Origin: a bacterium
GTDB lineage: Bacteria > SZUA-79 > Acidulodesulfobacterales > Acidulodesulfobacteraceae
NCBI GenBank assembly: GCA_021777135.1
Contig: JAJYDX010000002.1
Coordinates: forward strand, 28,084 to 92,083
DNA: 64,000 bases
Direction: 5' to 3'
Under the pieces are notes generated by a model. The model ran no database searches, had not been told where the DNA came from, and saw nothing but the letters and a program-made list of their open reading frames with translations. This document shows positions 37,156-45,954 of this stretch, piece after piece (positions within the stretch are counted from its first letter, which is position 1; each line of letters opens with the position of its first letter). A program made the translations under genes and the position numbers.

Positions 37156-38031
37156 TTGGAAGAAAACACTGGGAAGCCAAATATAATATTAATTAGCGGA
37201 ATTTCAGGCTCTGGCAAGTCTTCCGCATTAAAAATTCTTGAAGATAAAGATTTTTTTTGCGTTGATAATATGCCTATGCTTCTTTTGCCTAAATTTTTTG
37301 AATTAGGTTTGTCGGCAAGGCTTAAAAATATACTCTTTGTCATAGACATAAGAGAAAAAAGATTTTTAAGCGAGTTAGAAAATTATATTAAATTTTTAAA
37401 GCGCCAATCCGGATTCTTTAAGTTTATATTTTTTGACGCCAGAGACGACGTCGTTATCAGGAGATATTCGGAAACCCGCAGGAAACATCCACTTTCGGGA
37501 AGCGATATAACCGCGTCCGTTAAAAGGGAGCGTATGCTTCTCAAAAACGCAAAAGCTGCGGCTGACGCCGTTATCGATACTTCAGGCATTAAAGTTCACG
37601 AACTTGAAAGTATTTTATCTTCGCATTTAGAAGGGCTGATATTTCCGGTTTCATTTTCCGTTAAAATCATTTCTTTCGGATTCAAATACGGATTGCCGAT
37701 GGAAGCCGATACCGTCTTTGACGCAAGGTTTTTGCCGAACCCGTTTTTCATAGAGTCTTTAAGAAATTTTACCGGGGCGGATACCGAAGTGGCAAATTAT
37801 ATGCTTTCTTTTGAAGAATCTAAAGAATTTATTAACCGCATAGCCGATTTCTTAGCTTTTTCCGTGCCTCTTTACAAGAGGGAAAACAAATCTTATTTTA
37901 CAGCCGGGGTAGGTTGTACCGGAGGCGTTCACAGGTCTGTTTTCGTCGTGGAAGAATTAAAAAAGAAACTAGCCGGCATTAACGGCGAATACGGAATATC
38001 TTATTTTCACAGAGATATTCAAAAACGATAA
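37156..38031 (+). CDS. rapZ: RNase adapter protein RapZ (YhbJ family P-loop NTPase)
   Basis: 291 aa with a TTG start. Walker A is ISGISGSGKSSAL, and CVDNMP, the RFLPNP motif and CTGGVHRSV are typical of RapZ. Confidence 0.88.
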   Translation: MEENTGKPNIILISGISGSGKSSALKILEDKDFFCVDNMPMLLLPKFFELGLSARLKNILFVIDIREKRFLSELENYIKFLKRQSGFFKFIFFDARDDVVIRRYSETRRKHPLSGSDITASVKRERMLLKNAKAAADAVIDTSGIKVHELESILSSHLEGLIFPVSFSVKIISFGFKYGLPMEADTVFDARFLPNPFFIESLRNFTGADTEVANYMLSFEESKEFINRIADFLAFSVPLYKRENKSYFTAGVGCTGGVHRSVFVVEELKKKLAGINGEYGISYFHRDIQKR

Positions 38032-38055
38032 ATTCCTCAATAATATTACCGATAC

Positions 38056-38083
38056 TGGATTCCCGCCTACGCGGGAATGACGC
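38056..38083. repeat. single copy of a REP-like palindromic element (GTCATTCCCGCG-N-GGCGGGAATCC type); possible rapZ terminator hairpin
   Basis: The stem ATTCCCGC (38059-38066) pairs with GCGGGAAT (38071-38078) around the loop CTAC. The reverse complement reads CGTCATTCCCGCGTAGGCGGGAATCCA. It starts 25 nt after the rapZ stop and has no strong T-tract. Confidence 0.5.
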
Positions 38084-38104
38084 GTTTAAATTAAGTGAAA
38101 TAAA

Positions 38105-38133
38105 TTGACCTTGCCGCGCATTTATTATATTAT
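38105..38133 (+). promoter_or_regulatory. putative sigma70-type promoter for metK-ahcY
   Basis: TTGACC (38105-38110), 17 nt, TATTAT (38128-38133), 66 nt upstream of the metK ATG. Confidence 0.45.
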
Positions 38134-38199
38134 ATATATTTATATAAATAAAAATAGGAAAAGGCTTTAAACCTATTCCGTTAAAAAAGGTGGTTAATC

Positions 38200-39393
38200 A
38201 TGAACAATAATAAACCAAGTTTTATTTTTACGTCTGAATCGGTAACCGAAGGGCATCCCGATAAAATTTGCGACAAAATATCGGATTCTATCCTGGATGC
38301 TTTTATATCGCAGGATAAATATTCAAAAGTTGCCTTAGAAACAATGGTAACTACCGGTCTGGTGGCTGTAGCCGGCGAAGTTTCGTCTAACGGTTCGGTG
38401 AATTATCAGGATATAATAAGAAACGTCATAAAAGAAATAGGATACGACGATTCCTCTATAGGATTCGATTATAAAAGCTGCGGCATAATAGCGGCTGTCG
38501 GCAAACAGTCTTCCGATATAAGAATGGGCGTAGAAAGAGAAAAGGACGAAGATCAGGGCGCCGGCGACCAGGGGCTTATGTTTGGTTACGCAACGGATGA
38601 AACGGAAGATTTTATGCCTTCTCCTATTTATTATGCGCATAAATTAACCAAAAGGCTTGCCGAAGTCAGAAAAACCGGCATTTTAGATTTTATCAGGCCG
38701 GACGGCAAATCTCAGGTTTCCGTCAGATACGTAAACGGGGAACCTGACAAAGTTACTTCTATAGTCCTTTCCACGCAGCATACGGAGTCCGTATCGCAGG
38801 AAAAACTTAAAGACGCTGTAATTTCGGAGGTTATAGAAAAAACTATACCCGCCGGACTCATGGATAAAGATACTAAATTTTTTATTAACCCGACCGGGCG
38901 CTTCGTTATAGGCGGTCCTAACGGAGACACCGGACTCACCGGAAGAAAGATAATAGTCGATACTTACGGTGGAATGGGCAGGCACGGAGGCGGAGCTTTT
39001 TCTGGAAAAGATCCTTCCAAGGTTGACAGGAGCGGTTCTTATATGGCAAGGTTTATAGCTAAAAACGTGGTAGGAAGCGGCGTAGCTAGAAAATGCGAAG
39101 TTCAAATAGCTTATGCCATTGGCGTAGCAGAACCGGTTTCCATAATGGCTAATACATTCGGCACAGGAATTTATCCTGACGAAGTAATCGCGGACGCTAT
39201 TTGTAAAGTCTTTAGCTTGAAACCGTATAATATAGTGAAAACTTTAGACCTTTTAAGGCCTATTTATGCCAAGACTTCCAACTATGGTCACTTCGGCAGG
39301 TTCGACGAGGATTTTGTTTGGGAAAAGCTTATTAAAATTGAAGAAATTAAGAAAGAAGCGTCAAGTATTGGCAAGGCAAAAGAATTTGTATAA
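38200..39393 (+). CDS. metK: S-adenosylmethionine synthase
   Basis: 397 aa. Motifs present are FTSESVTEGHPDKICD, GAGDQGLMFGYA and GGGAFSGKDPSKVDRS. Confidence 0.96.
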   Translation: MNNNKPSFIFTSESVTEGHPDKICDKISDSILDAFISQDKYSKVALETMVTTGLVAVAGEVSSNGSVNYQDIIRNVIKEIGYDDSSIGFDYKSCGIIAAVGKQSSDIRMGVEREKDEDQGAGDQGLMFGYATDETEDFMPSPIYYAHKLTKRLAEVRKTGILDFIRPDGKSQVSVRYVNGEPDKVTSIVLSTQHTESVSQEKLKDAVISEVIEKTIPAGLMDKDTKFFINPTGRFVIGGPNGDTGLTGRKIIVDTYGGMGRHGGGAFSGKDPSKVDRSGSYMARFIAKNVVGSGVARKCEVQIAYAIGVAEPVSIMANTFGTGIYPDEVIADAICKVFSLKPYNIVKTLDLLRPIYAKTSNYGHFGRFDEDFVWEKLIKIEEIKKEASSIGKAKEFV

Positions 39394-39452
39394 TTATATA
39401 GAATTTAAATAAATTAATATTGAGTTGATTTTAAAATAACAGGGGTGTTTGA

Positions 39453-40706
39453 ATGGCGGATATAAAAGACGTTAAACTTGCGAAGCAGGGAAAAGAAAGA
39501 ATTTTATGGGCAGAACAGGATATGCCGGTATTAGGATTAATAAAAGAGCAGTTTTCCGATAAAAAACCTTTTAAAGGTTTAAATATGGGACTTTGCCTTC
39601 ATGTTACCGCAGAAACCGCTAATCTTGCCAGAACGCTGAAAGAAGGCGGCGCAAACGTGTATTTGTGCGCTTCCAACCCGCTTTCTACCCAGGACGATGT
39701 TGCCGCTTCCCTTACAAAGGATTTCGGAATAGACGTTTATGCCATAAAAGGAGAAGATTCCGACACTTATTATAAACATATAGAAAGCATATTAAGCCAC
39801 GAGCCTAATGTAACAATGGATGACGGCGCGGACCTGATATCCGTTATACACAAAAAGCATAAAAAATTAATTAAAAACATAAAAGCATCTATGGAGGAAA
39901 CGACCACCGGCGTAATAAGACTGCGTTCAATGGAAGCCGCCGGAGAGCTTAAAATACCCGTTATCGCGGTAAACGATGCCGATGCAAAACATCTTTTCGA
40001 TAACAGGTACGGTACGGGGCAATCTACTATCGACGGAATAATAAGAGCCACCGATATGCTACTCGCAGGTAAAAATTTCGTGGTTATGGGTTACGGCTGG
40101 TGCGGCAAGGGACTTGCCTCCAGGGCGAGAGGCATCGGCTCTAATGTTATAGTTACGGAAATAGACCCCGTTAAGGCATTAGAAGCGGTAATGGACGGCT
40201 TTAGAGTTATGAAAGGTACAGACGCTGCAAAAATAGGCGATATTTTTTGCACCGTTACCGGAGATATCAACGTCATAGACGGCGAACATTTCGAAAACAT
40301 GAAAGACGGCGCGATAGTTTCTAATTCCGGGCATTTTGATGTTGAAATAAACATAAAAAAACTGAAGAAAATTGCAAAGAAAGTAAGAATAGTTAAAGAT
40401 TTCGTAGAAGAATATACTTTAAAAGACGGCAAAAGAATATATCTGCTTGCCGAAGGGAGGCTTATAAACCTTGCAAGCGCGCACGGGCATCCTGCAAGCG
40501 TAATGGATATGAGTTTCTCAGTTCAAGCGCTTTCGGCGGAGTTTGCCGTAATGGGAAAGACCGTTATGTCCCCTGGAGTTTACAACGTGCCAAAAGAAAT
40601 AGACGAGCGAATAGCTTACTTGAAGCTTAAGTCTATGAATATAGAGATAGATACCCTTACGAAAGAGCAGATAAAGTATTTGAAATCATGGCAGGAAGGA
40701 ACGTAA
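39453..40706 (+). CDS. ahcY: adenosylhomocysteinase (short, about 415-aa type)
   Basis: 417 aa. Motifs present are [18 protein letters not shown], the NAD fold GYGWCGKG and GHFDVEI. Confidence 0.93.
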   Translation: MADIKDVKLAKQGKERILWAEQDMPVLGLIKEQFSDKKPFKGLNMGLCLHVTAETANLARTLKEGGANVYLCASNPLSTQDDVAASLTKDFGIDVYAIKGEDSDTYYKHIESILSHEPNVTMDDGADLISVIHKKHKKLIKNIKASMEETTTGVIRLRSMEAAGELKIPVIAVNDADAKHLFDNRYGTGQSTIDGIIRATDMLLAGKNFVVMGYGWCGKGLASRARGIGSNVIVTEIDPVKALEAVMDGFRVMKGTDAAKIGDIFCTVTGDINVIDGEHFENMKDGAIVSNSGHFDVEINIKKLKKIAKKVRIVKDFVEEYTLKDGKRIYLLAEGRLINLASAHGHPASVMDMSFSVQALSAEFAVMGKTVMSPGVYNVPKEIDERIAYLKLKSMNIEIDTLTKEQIKYLKSWQEGT

Positions 40707-40720
40707 GAAAAAGAAAGCGC

Positions 40721-41500
40721 TTAGTTTGCCTGATTGTTAATATCGTATAGATATTTTATTCCTTTTAGCGTAAAATGTTCGTCGAGGATTTTTTCCGCGT
40801 TCACGTCTATTTCGTCAAAAACAAGGCTTGATTGTCCGCCCGTAAAAATTACGGCTAAGTTATCCTCGCCGCAAATATTATAAAAGTGGCAGATATTGTC
40901 GATGAACCCTTTTATTAAAAACAAAATACCGTGGTATATTCCCGACAGAATTGCCGATTCGGTATTTGTTCCTATCAATGTTTTTGGCTTGGATATTTTA
41001 ACTAATGGAAGTTTTTCCGTATATTCGTAAAGGCTGTTCGCAAGCGTAGATAATCCCGGATAGATAATCCCGCCTAAAAAATCCCCGTTTTTGTTAACTA
41101 CGTCTATCGTCAAAGCCGTTCCTAAATCAACGACAATTTGAAACTTATTTATTGAAAAATGGGCGTAACTAATGTTTGCTATCCTATCGGTTCCTAATTT
41201 TCCCTTGTTTTCGACGCATATTCTTATATTTAGTTTTACGTCTGGAGAAATAAAAAACGGTTCCAATTTTCCTTTTACAAAAAATTCTTTATAAAGAAGA
41301 TTAGCGGATGGCACAACCGATGAAATGGAAACTGCCTGCAAGTCTTTTAACGCGATATTTTTAGATATATGTTTCTTTAAATCCTGCAAAGACGATATCT
41401 TTGCGGTGTCAATCCTAAAACTTTTAATTAAATCGTAACCGTTTTTATTGAATAATCCGAAAGAAGAAGATGAGTTGCCGATATCGCAGGATAGTATCAT
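40721..41500 (-). CDS. coaX: type III pantothenate kinase
   Basis: 259 aa. Motifs present are LSCDIGNSS, GTDRIAN and VDLGTALTIDVV (ASKHA fold). Confidence 0.9.
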   Translation of the reverse strand: MILSCDIGNSSSSFGLFNKNGYDLIKSFRIDTAKISSLQDLKKHISKNIALKDLQAVSISSVVPSANLLYKEFFVKGKLEPFFISPDVKLNIRICVENKGKLGTDRIANISYAHFSINKFQIVVDLGTALTIDVVNKNGDFLGGIIYPGLSTLANSLYEYTEKLPLVKISKPKTLIGTNTESAILSGIYHGILFLIKGFIDNICHFYNICGEDNLAVIFTGGQSSLVFDEIDVNAEKILDEHFTLKGIKYLYDINNQAN

Positions 41501-41526
41501 AAGGTAATATATAATTATAATGAAAT

Positions 41527-42348
41527 TTAAAAATATATTTCGCCGGATACGACTCTTTCAAGTTCGTTTTCGCCTGTTTTTAAAAGGAGCGCTCCTTTGG
41601 AATCTATGCCGACGACCTGTCCCCCTACCCTTTTGTCGTTAACATTTATTTCGACGGTTTTCCCCATCATTCCAAAATATTTTTGATAATAAACGAGAAC
41701 GGACGATAAGCCTGTTGATAAAAACATTTCGTAATATTTATCGAATTTATTTAAAATAGACGCAATCAGCCTGTTTCTGTCCAAAATGACGTTTGAGCCG
41801 TTTGCTTTTTCTGATTCTATTAATAGCGACGTCGCGATATTTTTTATATTTTCGTCCATATCTTTGCCGGTTGCGTTAACATTCATACCAATCCCCACTA
41901 CCATATATTCTATGTTCATATTTTGGGTGCTCATTTCCGTTAATATTCCGGAAACTTTTTTTGAGTCTATGAGGATATCGTTAGGCCATTTAATTTGAGG
42001 TTTAAGCGAAGCGACTTCCGCTATTGCGTCTGCTACCGATACCGCGGCTAAAATGGTCATTCCCTGAGCCGCTTCAGGACTAAATTTTGGTCTTAATATT
42101 ATAGACATATAGATATTGCAGCCGCATGGGGAAGTCCAGAATTTTCCGTTCCTGCCCCTACCTTTTTCCTGGCAATCCGATATCACGACGCTTCCATTTT
42201 TTACGCCCTTAGATGCCAAATCCCTCGCAAGAGTATTTGTGGAATCGACCTTTTCTTCGTAATAAAGGTTTTTTCCCGCAAAAGACCCCTTTAACAGTTT
42301 TTTGATTTCAAATATATCTATATAATTTATTTGTCCGGTTTCTTCCAT
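41527..42348 (-). CDS. birA: biotin--[acetyl-CoA-carboxylase] ligase (group I, no HTH domain)
   Basis: 273 aa. The biotin-binding motif is GRGRNGKFWTSP, with KWPNDIL. The birA-coaX adjacency is a common arrangement. Confidence 0.88.
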   Translation of the reverse strand: MEETGQINYIDIFEIKKLLKGSFAGKNLYYEEKVDSTNTLARDLASKGVKNGSVVISDCQEKGRGRNGKFWTSPCGCNIYMSIILRPKFSPEAAQGMTILAAVSVADAIAEVASLKPQIKWPNDILIDSKKVSGILTEMSTQNMNIEYMVVGIGMNVNATGKDMDENIKNIATSLLIESEKANGSNVILDRNRLIASILNKFDKYYEMFLSTGLSSVLVYYQKYFGMMGKTVEINVNDKRVGGQVVGIDSKGALLLKTGENELERVVSGEIYF

Positions 42349-42474
42349 TTACGTCCTCGTAGAATTAATTAATTTATATATTTTATACTATTTCCATAAA
42401 AAATTTAAGCTAAATTATTTATTAAATAAAGAAAAAATATAAAGCTGGAACAGCCGTTAGCCTGAAATTATTGG

Positions 42475-43326
42475 TTACTTAACGAAATTTAACGAAAAAT
42501 CTGCTGGAGTTATTGAGTTGGTAAGGGATCCCATAGAAATATAATCCACGCCGGTTTCCTCGGCTATTTTTCTAAGTTTGCCTATGGTTATGTTGCCTGA
42601 GGCTTCGGTAATAGCTTTTCCGTCTATAATTTCAACTGCTTTTTTCATTGTTTTTATATCCATATTGTCCAACATTATTATATCGGCTTTAGCCGATAAG
42701 GCTTCTTTGACTTCTTCCAAAGAGGATGTTTCAATTTCTATTTTAAAGTTTAAACCGGAATAATGTTTATTTACGGCATCCATGGCTTTTTTTATTCCGC
42801 CGGCAAGTTTTATATGATTGTCTTTTATAAGTATTCCGGAGGAAAGGTCGAATCTGTGGTTTTCTCCTCCGCCGATTTTAACGGCATATTTTTGGAGTAT
42901 TCTTAACCCGGGGATTGTTTTTCTGGTGTCTAAAATTTTTGTTTTAAGACCTTTTAGTTCTTTTGAAGCTGCGTTAGAGACTGTTGCGATACCAGAAAGA
43001 TGCTGGAGAAAATTAAGGGCAGTTCTTTCTCCGTAAAGTATGTCGCTTGCTTTTGCTTTGAGGGATATTATCTTTTGCGATTTAGCAGCCTCAACCCCCT
43101 CCCTGCTAAAAAAATTTATTTTATAATTTTTTTTAGTTATTATATCGAACACCAGGGAAAATATGTCAAGTCCGCATACGATGCAATTTTTTTTTGCCGT
43201 AACCTCGCATTGGACTACCGGATCTTTTTTTGCCGTAACGGCATCCGTCGTAATATCGCCGCCTTTAATGTCTTCAGTCAGCGCGGCATATATAAGAGGT
43301 TTTATCTGTGGCTCGAAGATACGCAT
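42475..43326 (-). CDS. nadC: nicotinate-nucleotide diphosphorylase (carboxylating)
   Basis: 283 aa with QPRTase features (ERTALNFLQHLSGIAT, TRKTIPGLR, IMLDNM). Confidence 0.9.
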   Translation of the reverse strand: MRIFEPQIKPLIYAALTEDIKGGDITTDAVTAKKDPVVQCEVTAKKNCIVCGLDIFSLVFDIITKKNYKINFFSREGVEAAKSQKIISLKAKASDILYGERTALNFLQHLSGIATVSNAASKELKGLKTKILDTRKTIPGLRILQKYAVKIGGGENHRFDLSSGILIKDNHIKLAGGIKKAMDAVNKHYSGLNFKIEIETSSLEEVKEALSAKADIIMLDNMDIKTMKKAVEIIDGKAITEASGNITIGKLRKIAEETGVDYISMGSLTNSITPADFSLNFVK

Positions 43327-43339
43327 ATCTTAACAGTAA

Positions 43340-44716
43340 TTATTGTTGTTGTTTAATCTTTTCTATTTCTTCCTTGACGAGCCTTTCTACAATTTCAGGA
43401 AGACTCGTTTTTATAGTTTCTAATATTTGCGGTTTAATCTCCTCTATAGTTTTTTCTATAGCGTTTTTGAGATAATCTTCTAATTTAACCAGATTCTGTT
43501 CGTCTAGAATTTTCAAGTTTGATTCTCCTTCTAATTTTTTTATATTTAAGCCGTCGCCAGCGAAAGATTCGTTTAAAGCAAAGGCGCCTTTATTATATTC
43601 CGTGTGCTCTATCTGCTGGGGTTCTGCTTCGTTAACCGCTATAGAATCAAAAGATACCGCGCTTTCCAAAGGTTCCGCCGCCTGCATGCCAAAATCAAAA
43701 ACTTCCGCAGCTTTAACGGGTGAAGTTCCTAATATTTCCAGCGGTTCCGCCTGCATACCAAAGTCGTAAATTTCTGGAGAATTATGGGATTCGGATTCCG
43801 CCGGTTCTGACGGTATTAAAGGCGATGCCGGTTCTGACTGTTCAGCCTGCATGCCAAAATCAAAAACTTCCGCAGCTTTATCGTGCTCGATGGTTGTTTG
43901 TGACGGCGTTAAGACAATTTCCGGTATTGCTTCGGGGGCATTTGCCGGTTTATCTTCATGAAGCATAGTTTCATATAATATTTCTTGACTCGTTTCATTA
44001 GAGCCGGCAGCTGCAGTAGATTCTGTATGTAAGATTTCTACAGGCTCCTCAGGCATGGATGAATGTTCTTCGTCTATTATATAAACCGAATCTTCTTCGC
44101 CGTCTTTTTTATTCAGGTCTTGGAATTCTTTAAATATTGCGTCGTCTTTAAATAAATTTTCGAATGCCTGACTCAACTCGGAAGGTTCGAACGCGCTATT
44201 ATCCGCCTCCTTATTGTTTTCAACATCGGAACCGCCTGCCGCGTTTTCCGCGGAATACGAAGAGTCAGGCGCGACTTCGGTTTTTTTATTTTCAAATGAC
44301 GAAATATCGTATATCTTTTCCTCAATGTGCGGAACGGCGTTGCTTATATTTAAGGTCCTTTTTATCTTAGAAATAAAAGAGTCTTTATCAAAAGGCCTGT
44401 ATATAAAGCCGTCGGATTTTAATTTTATAAGAGTTTCCCTTTCGTTATCGGATAAATCGGACGGAACCAATAAGACAAGAGGGATATTGGAAAATTCCTT
44501 GCCGGTTTTTATTTCGGTTATGCTTTTTTTTATTTCGGTATCGATAGTGTTGTAGCTTAATACGATTATATCGGGAATGAAAGTTTTAGCAGTTTTATAA
44601 AGGGACGACGGATCTTTGAGGAGATTTAAATTAAATTCAGGGTTATTTTGGAATATAGCGGCTACCGCCCTTTGCATGGATTCGCTTTCGTCTATAAAAA
44701 TTAGATTTAACGGCAT
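43340..44716 (-). CDS. atypical receiver-domain protein: pseudo-REC, acidic disordered region with 3 DFGMQA motifs, C-terminal amphipathic helix
   Basis: The REC-like N-terminus reads LIFIDESES...PDIIVLSYNT...GFIYRPF, with Ser where the phospho-acceptor Asp is expected. The middle is E/D/S/P-rich and carries AAEVFDFGMQAE, SPEIYDFGMQAE and AAEVFDFGMQAA. The C-terminus reads ...LPEIVERLVKEEIEKIKQQQ. The track's TTG at 44725 abuts the GGAG SD (44730-44726). The ATG at 44716, 9 nt after the SD, is preferred. Confidence 0.7.
   Translation of the reverse strand: MPLNLIFIDESESMQRAVAAIFQNNPEFNLNLLKDPSSLYKTAKTFIPDIIVLSYNTIDTEIKKSITEIKTGKEFSNIPLVLLVPSDLSDNERETLIKLKSDGFIYRPFDKDSFISKIKRTLNISNAVPHIEEKIYDISSFENKKTEVAPDSSYSAENAAGGSDVENNKEADNSAFEPSELSQAFENLFKDDAIFKEFQDLNKKDGEEDSVYIIDEEHSSMPEEPVEILHTESTAAAGSNETSQEILYETMLHEDKPANAPEAIPEIVLTPSQTTIEHDKAAEVFDFGMQAEQSEPASPLIPSEPAESESHNSPEIYDFGMQAEPLEILGTSPVKAAEVFDFGMQAAEPLESAVSFDSIAVNEAEPQQIEHTEYNKGAFALNESFAGDGLNIKKLEGESNLKILDEQNLVKLEDYLKNAIEKTIEEIKPQILETIKTSLPEIVERLVKEEIEKIKQQQ
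43680..43880. repeat. intragenic direct repeats (36-bp perfect pair plus a diverged middle copy)
   Basis: GCCTGCATGCCAAAATCAAAAACTTCCGCAGCTTTA occurs identically at 43680-43715 and 43845-43880. A diverged copy (CCTGCATACCAAAGTCGTAAATTTCTGG) lies near 43749. They encode the three DFGMQA motifs on the minus strand. Confidence 0.85.
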
Positions 44717-44756
44717 AATCTGCAACCTCCCTATGCTTTAAAACATTTATTATTTT

Positions 44757-44786
44757 TGGTATACTATTAACCATCGCATATAGTAT
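44757..44786 (+). promoter_or_regulatory. putative extended -10 promoter (TGGTATACT) overlapping a 7-bp inverted repeat, in the divergent region upstream of lptF
   Basis: TGnTATACT lies at 44757-44765. The inverted repeat is ATACTAT (44761-44767), N12, ATAGTAT (44780-44786). It sits 58-87 nt upstream of the lptF ATG. Confidence 0.3.
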
Positions 44787-44843
44787 GCAATGAATTATTT
44801 TAATTCTAATATTATTAAATAATATAGTCAATAATTTTCGTTT

Positions 44844-45932
44844 ATGTCGACAATAGACAGATATATATTTAAACAGATGGTTTTTCCTTTTATTTTCGGA
44901 CTTATGGTATTTACGTTCAGCGTTACCATAAACCGTATTCTTTTGCTGACGCAGATGGTTCTTAATAAAGGCATAAGCATTTCAGCCGTTTTGAAACTGG
45001 CAAGCTTAACCATACCGGATTTTATGATTATCACGCTTCCCGTATCTTTTTTGCTCGCGCTGCTGACGGTATTTGGAAAAATGACGCAGGACAACGAAAT
45101 TATGGCGCTTAGGGCATCCGGCGTCAGTATATTTAAACTTACAAAACCTGTTTTGTTATTTGCGTTAATACCGCTTTTGTTTTCAATTCTTTTCTCATTT
45201 TATCTGGCCCCGAGATTTAATTTCTTTTTTAGGGTTCTTGCCGTTAAAGAAGTTAAAAAAGCGGCTCTTTCGGCGTTAAAAAGAAATTCGTTGACGAACA
45301 GGTTTGGAAACCTTAAAATTTTCGTGAAAGACGTTAATACGAATAAATCTACCCTCAAAGGTATTTTTATATTAAATAAAATCCATAACACGCCGGAAAC
45401 CTTAATTGCAAAAAGCGGCAATATAAAATATAATCAAAAACTAAATACCCTGTCTTTTTATTTAAAAAATGGAACTATCCAGAATCAGGACCCTAACTCA
45501 AAAAACTTCTGGCTGCTGCATTTTAATACCTATAAAATAAATATTAAATTGAAAGGGATGTCTTTTCCCGGAAAAAACAGTTCCGTGCATTTTTTAACTT
45601 TTTCGGCGCTAGCAAGAAAATATTTAACGGAAAAAAGCCCTGAAATGAAAAACGTTTATCTTTCTTACCTTTACAAAAAAATTGCCATACCCGCGGCCGC
45701 CCTTTTATTTATATTTATAGGTATGCCGCTCGGTATGCTTTTAGAAAAAAGGAGTTTATTTCTTGCTATTTCATATACGATAATATTTGTCGTAATTTAT
45801 TACATACTTTTTACGTCCGGTTTTTATCTGTCCGTGGGAAATAAATTAAATCCGGTATTAGGCGTCTGGGGAGCAGACTTTTTTCTCGCCGTTTCGGGCG
45901 CGGTCTTATATTTTAAAGCTTTCTTAAAGTGA
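44844..45932 (+). CDS. lptF: LPS export ABC transporter permease LptF (YjgP/YjgQ family)
   Basis: 362 aa. The N-terminus IDRYIFKQMVFPFIFGLMVFTF is the typical LptF/G start. Six TM segments flank a periplasmic beta-jellyroll region. A paralog follows. Confidence 0.85.
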   Translation: MSTIDRYIFKQMVFPFIFGLMVFTFSVTINRILLLTQMVLNKGISISAVLKLASLTIPDFMIITLPVSFLLALLTVFGKMTQDNEIMALRASGVSIFKLTKPVLLFALIPLLFSILFSFYLAPRFNFFFRVLAVKEVKKAALSALKRNSLTNRFGNLKIFVKDVNTNKSTLKGIFILNKIHNTPETLIAKSGNIKYNQKLNTLSFYLKNGTIQNQDPNSKNFWLLHFNTYKINIKLKGMSFPGKNSSVHFLTFSALARKYLTEKSPEMKNVYLSYLYKKIAIPAAALLFIFIGMPLGMLLEKRSLFLAISYTIIFVVIYYILFTSGFYLSVGNKLNPVLGVWGADFFLAVSGAVLYFKAFLK

Positions 45933-45954
45933 CGGGCATAATAATTTCATATTT

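Noticed and set aside
38134-38199. Possible SAM riboswitch in the metK leader
   Set aside because: The leader is only about 60 nt, with a weak AATAGG/CCTATT stem. That is too short for SAM-I, and I could not recognise SAM-II/V pseudoknot signatures. It would need an Rfam scan to exclude this fully.
44717-44725. TTG start (44725) for the pseudo-receiver gene
   Set aside because: The TTG directly abuts the GGAG SD (44730-44726). The ATG at 44716 has a 9-nt spacing.
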